Part shown: in pieces, positions 45,180-51,557 of the stretch
How the letters are laid out: the number at the start of each line of letters is the position of its first letter
Position numbering within the stretch: the first letter of the stretch is position 1
Source: Candidatus Woesearchaeota archaeon CG10_big_fil_rev_8_21_14_0_10_36_11
Lineage (GTDB): Archaea > Nanobdellota > Nanobdellia > Woesearchaeales > GW2011-AR9
Length of the DNA: 51,557 bases
Assembly (NCBI GenBank): GCA_002762845.1
Contig: PCYB01000066.1
Coordinates: 1 to 51,557, forward strand
Direction: 5' to 3'
The notes under the pieces: model-generated
Database searches by the model: none
What the model was told of the DNA's origin: nothing
Seen by the model: only the letters and a program-made list of their open reading frames with translations
Made by a program: the position numbers and the translations under genes

Positions 45180-47612
45180 ATGACACAAAAAACTGTTATC
45201 TCAACGGCAACTAGCGTAAATCTCACAGAAAGTACTATTCCTAACACTCCTCCTGATATCTTTGCACCATTACTAAAGACTGTGTACCAACTTGTAGCAC
45301 GGGATTATATTGATACCATTTTTTATTTATTAGGCGATACACCCTCTCGCGTACAGTTAGCTTCTCAAATTCCTAACATTCATACAGATGCAGACTTTGC
45401 CACTTTTTTATCTTCATTACCTTCGGCAACAGAACTTGCCGACATTGTAAAGCAAGACATTCGTGCTGAGTACGCAACGCTTGATACTGTTCTTGCAGAA
45501 AACGAAACACGACGTGCAACTGCATTGGCCGGTGCACAGATAGACTTTTCTGAATACGTTCCCGTATTACTTGAAGCAATAAATCGTCAATTACAAGTTT
45601 CACTTCCTTCTCCTAAAAGAGGTATAACTACCAAGGACGGTTTTGATACTTACCGAAGTACATTGGAAGGCCACGTATCTGATGCTATCACTGCAAAACT
45701 TACTTCTCCTTTTGGAAACGGTATGCGTATCGGCGATATTCTTACTGTAACGCGAATGTCAGGTCTTACTATTGACGATGATGGTGAGATGGCAGATGAG
45801 TTTCATTATGGTGGAAACCAAGACGATATTCCTCTTGGTCTTGAGGGCGAACTTGTCAATATCATTGGAAAAGATTCCGTTTTCGTTCGTTTTACTCGTG
45901 ATGGCGACGTAAAAGAATGGCAATTTTATCCCGACGAAATTACAAGTACTGGCAGAAATACGTACCAGGAATATCTTACCAAATTTGGTGGCGATGTAGG
46001 CCAAGCAGCCTCAACAGTTATTGCTACTGCTGAATTTCGTCTTATTTCTGAATATCTTCAAAGAGCACAAGAACGAGTTAATAACGTATTTGATGCAAAT
46101 GTTAGTTACATTTCAGATAGTATCCGAAGACGGTTTGCTCTTACCGACGATCAACTTACTGCCCTTGTTGCTGGTGATGACTTTGAGTACACCATTGACG
46201 ATGTAAAAGAAGGCGGACAAGTTGTCATTCCATTTGAAAGGTTGGCAGTCTTAGCATATCGGGCTTTAACTCACAAACTTGGTAAAGACACGAAACGTCC
46301 AAATCAGAGAATTGTAAGCGAAGCCGATTTTAGGCGTTTTATATCTGATTCAGCAATAAAATTGCGTGCAGGTGAAGATACATTCGATTTAGTTAAAGAA
46401 CAAATGAAAACTCTTGCAGTTTTACTCGAAAAAGAATATAGTGTTGTTGGCAGAAGGATGGTCCAGGAGAGTAAAGAAACACAACTAGGACGGGTTTTAG
46501 ATTTAGCAATTGAATCTTGGATTGATAGAGAACATCAAAGTGGTTGTTTAGGCGTCAAATATTCGTTTGATAGGGCATTATTGTACAATGATAGAAAAGT
46601 ATACACTGCTGAACCTTTCTCACCGCCATCAGAGGAGCTACATAGAGTTATCAAACTAGAAATGGGAAATGGTTGTAGTTATGCTAAATGCACGTATTGT
46701 ACAGAATATGGGCAGGCACGTTTCTTTTTACGGTCTCCTGACGACTTTAAAGATCATGTGCAGGAAGTAAAAAGAAAATTAGGAAGAGACATTAAGAATG
46801 TTGAAAGAGTATTTTTGGCTGGAGGGAGTATCCTATCTATTCCAACTAAAATACTTATTCAATATGTTGATATTGCCAGGAAGGCATTTCATAATCAACG
46901 AACAGATGGAGACAGAACGTATATTAGACGAATTGCTGCGTTTACGCGAACAGAAGGGCTAGCACGGAAGTCAGTACAAGAATTGGACGAACTGGTTAGT
47001 CATGGACTTAATATGGTTTTCTGGGGTATTGAAACGGGCGCTGATTCTGTTTTACAGTATGTTAACAAGGGAATTACTCACGACGAAATGATTGCTGCCG
47101 GATCAAAAATGCCACATACTCGAATGGAAGTTTCAACGATGGTAATGACTGGTCTTGGTGGACTTAAACATTATGAGAATCATGTTGTTCAAACTGCTAA
47201 ATTATTAAATGCTCTTCAGCCGCGATATATAACGTTTATGACGATAAATGCTCAACCTCATTCAATGTATGCTCATATCATGGCAGGAGAACAGGCTCGG
47301 GGAGAAAATATGCCCCTTACACCAGAGATGGTAGTCGAACAAATGTATGATATCGTGAGTCTTATTGACCCAAGATTATGGTCTGGTCGTCGTTGTTTAG
47401 TCGCTGCGTATCAATTACCTGTAGAACGAATTGCTGAAAATCCTGTACAATTTCGTGGCAGGTTAGAATATAATGACAAAACTACAATTTTGAGAGGGTT
47501 ACAAGATTACTTTACACGTGGTAGGACACCCAGTGAACTTGTTCCTGTAGCAGAATTTAATCAGAAAAGTCCTTTGAGAAGAATGGTGGTGGGAGACACT
47601 CCGATTGAATAA
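45180..47612 (+). CDS. Radical SAM enzyme with ~480-aa N-terminal extension paralogous to the preceding giant protein
   Basis: GNGCSYAKCTYCTEYG (CX4CX2C, nt 46674-46700), VFLAGGSIL, and FWGIETGADSVLQYVNKG. The N-terminal region carries a barrel-like module and the FGGDVGQAAS segment shared with 41439..45158. Confidence 0.75.
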   Translation: MTQKTVISTATSVNLTESTIPNTPPDIFAPLLKTVYQLVARDYIDTIFYLLGDTPSRVQLASQIPNIHTDADFATFLSSLPSATELADIVKQDIRAEYATLDTVLAENETRRATALAGAQIDFSEYVPVLLEAINRQLQVSLPSPKRGITTKDGFDTYRSTLEGHVSDAITAKLTSPFGNGMRIGDILTVTRMSGLTIDDDGEMADEFHYGGNQDDIPLGLEGELVNIIGKDSVFVRFTRDGDVKEWQFYPDEITSTGRNTYQEYLTKFGGDVGQAASTVIATAEFRLISEYLQRAQERVNNVFDANVSYISDSIRRRFALTDDQLTALVAGDDFEYTIDDVKEGGQVVIPFERLAVLAYRALTHKLGKDTKRPNQRIVSEADFRRFISDSAIKLRAGEDTFDLVKEQMKTLAVLLEKEYSVVGRRMVQESKETQLGRVLDLAIESWIDREHQSGCLGVKYSFDRALLYNDRKVYTAEPFSPPSEELHRVIKLEMGNGCSYAKCTYCTEYGQARFFLRSPDDFKDHVQEVKRKLGRDIKNVERVFLAGGSILSIPTKILIQYVDIARKAFHNQRTDGDRTYIRRIAAFTRTEGLARKSVQELDELVSHGLNMVFWGIETGADSVLQYVNKGITHDEMIAAGSKMPHTRMEVSTMVMTGLGGLKHYENHVVQTAKLLNALQPRYITFMTINAQPHSMYAHIMAGEQARGENMPLTPEMVVEQMYDIVSLIDPRLWSGRRCLVAAYQLPVERIAENPVQFRGRLEYNDKTTILRGLQDYFTRGRTPSELVPVAEFNQKSPLRRMVVGDTPIE

Positions 47613-47650
47613 AGTTTATAGATCAAGAATCGGAACAGTTACATGGGAAA

Positions 47651-48382
47651 ATGACACTACCAATTGAAATAATACATTTTGTGGACGAAATAAGAAATAA
47701 CAGATATTTTCAAAGAGAAGTGCGTTTTGTTCAAGAAGGGTTGGGGGTCGAGTTACCTTTTGCTAACTTCTTTAAGGATTATGTACCAAAAGAAGAATGG
47801 TTCTATCGACACAATACTGGTGTTCATGATATCTCTCATGAAACGAGAGTTCTTGTTCTCTCAGAAATTATTGGAAGGTTAGTGCGCAAAAAGAGAGAAG
47901 TTCTTGTTGATATGAAGAGCATTCGCTGGGCAGCAATTACTCATGACACACAAAGAACTGGAGAAGGGTCTAATTATGAACATGGAGTAAAAGCTGCAGA
48001 GTGGGTCCAATCTAATGCCCACCGTATAATCCCTCATGATTGCGATTCAAGAGGAGAAGAGGTGAATATTGATCAAGTAGCATATCTTAATAAGTGGCAT
48101 GTTCCGCACGACTCTGAGGCCCCTGTTATGACTTTAGAACTTTCTATTCTTAAAGATGCAGATGGATTAGACAGGGTGAGGGTTGGAGAACTAAATCCAG
48201 TTTATTTAAGAACGGAAGAAGCAACAAGAATAGTTTTTGTTGCGTATGGTCTTTACGTGGTTAGTAACGCTTTACAACAACGGGATCAACATCAGCAACA
48301 TCATTTTGGTGAATATGCTTCTGTTATAGAAGCTGCAACATTGTTAGGAATCGTAAAGAGAAGTACACTTGGGCGAGAATGA
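47651..48382 (+). CDS. HD-domain phosphohydrolase
   Basis: VHDISHE, AAITHDTQR (the HD dyad) and LKDADGLDRV motifs. Confidence 0.65.
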   Translation: MTLPIEIIHFVDEIRNNRYFQREVRFVQEGLGVELPFANFFKDYVPKEEWFYRHNTGVHDISHETRVLVLSEIIGRLVRKKREVLVDMKSIRWAAITHDTQRTGEGSNYEHGVKAAEWVQSNAHRIIPHDCDSRGEEVNIDQVAYLNKWHVPHDSEAPVMTLELSILKDADGLDRVRVGELNPVYLRTEEATRIVFVAYGLYVVSNALQQRDQHQQHHFGEYASVIEAATLLGIVKRSTLGRE

Positions 48383-48499
48383 GAATGAACATAAAAACAT
48401 AATCCGAATCCACAACTGAATGTTAGAATATCAATCAAGTGAATTAAAAAGACAGAAATAACAAGAATAACAAACAACAAAAAATAAACAAGAACAAAA

Positions 48500-49324
48500 A
48501 TGGACCCCGAATTAAGGTTAAGTTATATGAAGTATGTAGCCAGAACAGCCGGTGGTTTAATCAACGAAGCACTAGGGCGAGGTCTTAAAGTAAACTATAA
48601 AAATGACGGTTCTATTGTAACCTCTGCTGACCTTAGGGTAAGAGATTTTGTTCGGGAAGCGTTCACAAGAGAATTCTCAGAATGTGGTTTATTGACTGAA
48701 GAGAGTGAAGATTCTTTGGAACGGTTAACAAAAAAAGGAGTTATTATTGTTGATGAGGTAGATGGAAGTAACGAACTTAGAAAGGGGGGGTCAGACTTTT
48801 CATTTCAGTGTGCATATGTGGAAAATGGAATTCCTACTATTGGACTCATCTGTGAACCTCATAAAAATAGAATGTACTTTGCTCTAAAAGGGGGTAAGGC
48901 ATATCTTGTCGAGAGGGAAACGCAACCTATAGAATTACCTTCGTTAGAAAGAGTAGCGTGGGAAAATGTGCTTGTTGGCCATCATAGAAATGGGCGTGAT
49001 CATAGAAGACTTTATCGTCTTTTGGGAATACCTGAAAACAGAATTGTTACTTCTGGAAGCATGGGGACAAGGATGGTTCAAGCTGCTACTCGGGACATCC
49101 ATCTTTATGTAAGTTTTACAAGAAGATTAAAAGAATGGGACATTGCTGCTGGTCAGGTACTGCTTGAATCATTAGGATTTAGCGTGACAGATGTTTATGG
49201 AAAACAATTAGAATACAACAAAAGAAATCCAATAACTCAAAACGGTATATTGGTTGTTCATCCAGATATTAAGAGAGTTACTTTGAAAAAACTTTCTAGC
49301 TGTTATGATCAAGTTCTTTTTTGA
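48500..49324 (+). CDS. Inositol monophosphatase / CysQ-family phosphatase-like protein
   Basis: LTEESED, IIVDEVDGSNE (a variant of DPIDGT) and KEWDIAAG (the WDxAAG motif). Confidence 0.7.
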   Translation: MDPELRLSYMKYVARTAGGLINEALGRGLKVNYKNDGSIVTSADLRVRDFVREAFTREFSECGLLTEESEDSLERLTKKGVIIVDEVDGSNELRKGGSDFSFQCAYVENGIPTIGLICEPHKNRMYFALKGGKAYLVERETQPIELPSLERVAWENVLVGHHRNGRDHRRLYRLLGIPENRIVTSGSMGTRMVQAATRDIHLYVSFTRRLKEWDIAAGQVLLESLGFSVTDVYGKQLEYNKRNPITQNGILVVHPDIKRVTLKKLSSCYDQVLF

Positions 49325-49331
49325 TAATCTC

Positions 49332-50069
49332 TTAAACGATATACTCCTCTAGCCCGACTTGTTTTTTTTCTGTCAACGTATATTTAGATCCGTCGTAAGT
49401 ATATCTTTCATGAACACCAATTATTCCTTTTGCTTCATCAATAAAAGGGCCATCGCTATTAGGATCATAATCAAGATAGAACATTTCCATACCGCCTCTA
49501 TGGAAATGTGTTACGATTCCCATCCCCAACTCGCCATGTAGGGTTCCTTTTATCTGGAATGTGTGAACATTATCATTAGCGAGGATAGGTAAACGTGGGA
49601 TACGCATCGCAAGTCTGGTTTTATTTCCACACTCTTCATTTCCTACACTTTTATCTAATGCAATAAAATGTTCTGGAAGTTCAGAATATGATGCAGACAA
49701 TCCTTTTGGATGTCCGTTTGCGATTTCCATCACTCTCGCAATCCTCGCATCGTTTAAATGGGCGATGTACGCTCCGTCTCCCCTATGCTTATTAAAATAT
49801 GTATGAAAATCATCATACCTTGGGACAGATGTAAACTTTAGTTTTTCTGGATCTTCAATCATTTCAGAAGTAGTAAGTTTCTCAACAAGCGTATCTCCAT
49901 TTGCAACAATTAAAAATCTTTTAACGTCATTGGGTGTGCGATGATCGTACCCAATATCCCCTTCTTCTACAAAATCAGCTTTTCCGTCATTAATATGTGG
50001 GGCTACGATTGGTAAGTTATGTTCTACATGTAATCTTACTAACCAATTGAACAACTGATCGCTTTCCAT
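49332..50069 (-). CDS. Hypothetical protein (245 aa)
   Basis: ORF 49332..50270 trimmed to the ATG at 50069 (MESDQLFNW...). The longer form overlaps the divergent gene at 50175, and a TATA-like box lies about 25-35 bp upstream of 50069. Confidence 0.5.
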   Translation of the reverse strand: MESDQLFNWLVRLHVEHNLPIVAPHINDGKADFVEEGDIGYDHRTPNDVKRFLIVANGDTLVEKLTTSEMIEDPEKLKFTSVPRYDDFHTYFNKHRGDGAYIAHLNDARIARVMEIANGHPKGLSASYSELPEHFIALDKSVGNEECGNKTRLAMRIPRLPILANDNVHTFQIKGTLHGELGMGIVTHFHRGGMEMFYLDYDPNSDGPFIDEAKGIIGVHERYTYDGSKYTLTEKKQVGLEEYIV

Positions 50070-50174
50070 GCTATTAGTATACAAATGCCTATATTTATAT
50101 GTTGTTAGTTGTTTTTTTTGATTTATGGGTAAAACTTTAGTAAATTTTATAAATAAATAAAAATAACACTTGCC
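50070..50174. promoter_or_regulatory. Divergent promoter region
   Basis: TATATTTATATG (about 50090-50101, read on the minus strand) serves the gene starting at 50069. TTTTATAAATAAATAAAA (about 50143-50160) lies about 15-30 bp upstream of the ATG at 50175. Confidence 0.35.
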
Positions 50175-51164
50175 ATGGTTAGAATAAATAAAGAATTGTT
50201 GTTCATATGCTCTGAGAATGCTCGGGAAAAAATTAAAAGTATTAGTAGAGTTCGTCATCACAGTTCTCAAAGAACAAAATATGCAATAGAAGTCTTAAAA
50301 AAAGATAAAATAATATATAATCCTTTTTGTATATTTGACTATTCTTATTTCGGACTAATTTTGTTCAGGGTATACTTTAAAGGGGGGTACATAAGAGAAA
50401 AAGACAAACAGGCAATAGTTTCTAAACTAATTGAAAATCCTTACGTTGTATCGGTATATGAAATGTTAGGCGAGTTTGATATTGCAATAGAACTTGTATC
50501 GCCGAATCCTTCTCGGTTTAATAAAGAACTCAAAAAAGTAGCAAACCTCATCCCAACTCTAAACAGTTATAAAATGATCTTAAACATTGTTTCGTATTTA
50601 TATCCTCGGTTTTATTTAACTAAAGAATCAGACATTCTAATGATGGTAGAACAAGAAATATTGATTGGTGGTGATAGAAAAGTCGAAACATTTGACGAAA
50701 AAGAGATGCTTGTGATGAAAACTCTTTTGAATGATCCTTTAATCAGACTGACAACATTGGCGAAGAAATGTCAAATTAATGTTAAAACAGCAACAAATAT
50801 CATGAAAAGTTTGAAAAAAAGAAAAGTTATTCGGGGATTTAAATATAACGTTGGCGCAAGTCAACTTAATCTGCACAGGTTTAGGCTCTTTCTAAAACTT
50901 CACAATCTCACGACTGAACGGGAGTTTGATTTCATGAAACATATGTTAAGTACGAAAGAGATTATTGTGGTGAATAAAACTGTTGGCGACTGGGAAATGG
51001 AAATAGATTTAGAATCAACAAATAAACCAGATATCAGGAAAGTAATTGTTTATTTACGAGAAGAATTTAAAGATATAATTGAAAGTTTTAATAGCATTGA
51101 GTTTTATCATTATTATAAAAGATCATTTTTACCAGAGTACATTTTTCTGTCAGCAGAACAATAA
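50175..51164 (+). CDS. Tandem Lrp/AsnC-like transcriptional regulator (two wHTH + RAM-like halves)
   Basis: The second half reads MKTLLNDPLIRLTTLAKKCQINVKTATNIMKSLKKRKVIRGF, then FRLFLKL...GDWEMEIDLES. The first half has an analogous pattern (YAIEVLKKDKII..., ILFRVYFKGG, GEFDIAIELV). Confidence 0.5.
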   Translation: MVRINKELLFICSENAREKIKSISRVRHHSSQRTKYAIEVLKKDKIIYNPFCIFDYSYFGLILFRVYFKGGYIREKDKQAIVSKLIENPYVVSVYEMLGEFDIAIELVSPNPSRFNKELKKVANLIPTLNSYKMILNIVSYLYPRFYLTKESDILMMVEQEILIGGDRKVETFDEKEMLVMKTLLNDPLIRLTTLAKKCQINVKTATNIMKSLKKRKVIRGFKYNVGASQLNLHRFRLFLKLHNLTTEREFDFMKHMLSTKEIIVVNKTVGDWEMEIDLESTNKPDIRKVIVYLREEFKDIIESFNSIEFYHYYKRSFLPEYIFLSAEQ

Positions 51165-51198
51165 ATACAATAAATGCAACAAATGCAACAAATATCCT
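51163..51198. repeat. Short 9-bp tandem repeat (AAATRCAAY-like, about 4 units)
   Basis: AAATACAAT AAATGCAAC AAATGCAAC AAATATCCT, lying between the regulator stop and the tRNA-Ser 3' end. Confidence 0.4.
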
Positions 51199-51247
51199 TC
51201 CATTAAAAGTTAGAAGTGCTATTATAAATCTATAGAAAAATAAAAAG

Positions 51248-51369
51248 CGCCAACGCCCGGATTTGAACCGGGAATTCCTAACGGAACTGGTTATCTAGTA
51301 TTGGTAATTCGATTCTGTTGAAACATATTGTTTCAAGACCAGCGCAATACCGAGTTATGCGACGTTGGC
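51248..51369 (-). tRNA. tRNA-Ser(UGA): tRNA-Ser (anticodon UGA) with a ~39-nt intron 3' of position 37
   Basis: Reverse complement: acceptor GCCAACG/CGTTGGC, anticodon stem CTGGT/ACCAG, loop CTTGAA[intron]A, long variable arm TTCC-GTTA-GGAA, T arm CCCGG-TTCAAAT-CCGGG, discriminator G. No encoded CCA. Confidence 0.85.
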
Positions 51370-51379
51370 ATTAATGAGA

Positions 51380-51505
51380 TGGCGGTGGGGGGATTTGAGC
51401 CCCCGGCCTCTACGTACCTCAGTTATATCAAGTTAATCATCGAGCATTGCTCTCATCGCTCAAGCATATGAGCGTAGCGCTATAACCAGGCTTAGCTACA
51501 CCGCC
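51380..51505 (-). tRNA. tRNA-Met(CAU): tRNA with CAU anticodon (elongator Met or Ile2) with a ~51-nt intron 3' of position 37
   Basis: Reverse complement: acceptor GGCGGTG/CACCGCC, D arm GCTA-AGCCTGGTTA-TAGC, anticodon stem CTACG/CGTAG, loop CTCATA[intron]A, T arm GGGGG-CTCAAAT-CCCCC, discriminator A. The G1-C72 pair argues against an initiator. Confidence 0.85.
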
Positions 51506-51528
51506 TTCCACACAAGAATGATGGTGTT

Positions 51529-51540
51529 CTTTATATAAAG
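51529..51540 (-). promoter_or_regulatory. TATA box for the tRNA-Met/tRNA-Ser transcription unit
   Basis: CTTTATATAAAG lies 25-35 bp upstream of the tRNA-Met 5' end. Only 10 nt separate the two tRNAs, so co-transcription is likely. Confidence 0.5.
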
Positions 51541-51557
51541 ATTTCTGCAATTTAGTC

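Noticed and set aside
50070-50270. N-terminal extension of ORF 49332..50270
   Set aside because: It overlaps the start of the divergent regulator gene (50175) and consists of low-complexity AT-rich translation. The ATG at 50069 has a suitably placed TATA-like box.
51420-51465. Box C/D sRNA-like elements (GATGA, GATGATT, CTGA) inside the tRNA-CAU intron
   Set aside because: No D' box is present, and the box C is imperfect. The putative guide segments (AGCAATGCTC, ACTTGATATAA) are not complementary to this tRNA's anticodon region by my inspection. The matches are short enough to be chance.
1-51557. Search for CRISPR arrays, rRNA genes, IS elements, transposases, integrases, toxin-antitoxin pairs and restriction-modification genes
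   Set aside because: By eye I saw no regularly spaced repeat arrays and no DDE, serine or tyrosine recombinase motifs in any listed ORF. I also saw no rRNA-like conserved stretches. This is a negative result by inspection only and should be confirmed with dedicated tools.

Overview
The window looks archaeal and AT-rich, possibly a DPANN-like lineage, though that assignment is inference. Evidence for an archaeon: an STT3/AglB oligosaccharyltransferase with a WWDFG motif, two tRNA genes carrying introns at the canonical 37/38 position, and TTTATAAA-type TATA boxes about 25-35 bp upstream of many start codons. I saw no rRNA, CRISPR array, transposase or integrase.

Layout:
- 1-2.2 kb: two divergent HIT-like paralogs and a PHP phosphoesterase.
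- 2.1-22.9 kb: a large surface-glycan / N-glycosylation cluster. It holds an AlkP-family enzyme, a UbiA/DPPR-synthase-like prenyl-phosphate transferase, a GT-C enzyme, three GT4 and one GT2 glycosyltransferases, a Gfo/Idh/MocA oxidoreductase, three radical SAM enzymes, and an AglB fused to a C-terminal parvulin PPIase.
- 23.1-28.9 kb: four secreted or anchored proteins, at least one with an NlpC/P60-like Cys-His signature.
- 29-30.7 kb: exonuclease III and small proteins.
- 30,955-49,324: the most interesting part, an unbroken same-strand block of 11 genes.
- 49.3-51.5 kb: one ORFan, a tandem Lrp/AsnC-like regulator, and a closely spaced tRNA-Met(CAU)/tRNA-Ser(UGA) pair.

The 11-gene block encodes proteins that are less Lys/Ile/Asn-rich than the glycan-cluster proteins. 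By eye it is also somewhat GC-richer, but I did not compute this. Gene order is: SufS-like cysteine desulfurase; three ORFans; a 488-aa protein whose C-terminus looks UBC/E2-like by eye; a JAB/MPN+ metallopeptidase; a single-chain tandem ThiF/E1 (degenerate plus intact adenylation domain); a 1239-aa protein built from repeated beta-barrel-like modules; a radical SAM enzyme carrying the same modules and a CX4CX2C cluster; an HD hydrolase; and an IMPase/CysQ-like phosphatase.

The central order (candidate Ubl, candidate E2, JAB, E1) matches known prokaryotic ubiquitin-like conjugation operons. The accessory enzymes and giant ORFans are not part of any system I recognise. All fold and function calls are by-eye motif recognition and need profile or structure searches.
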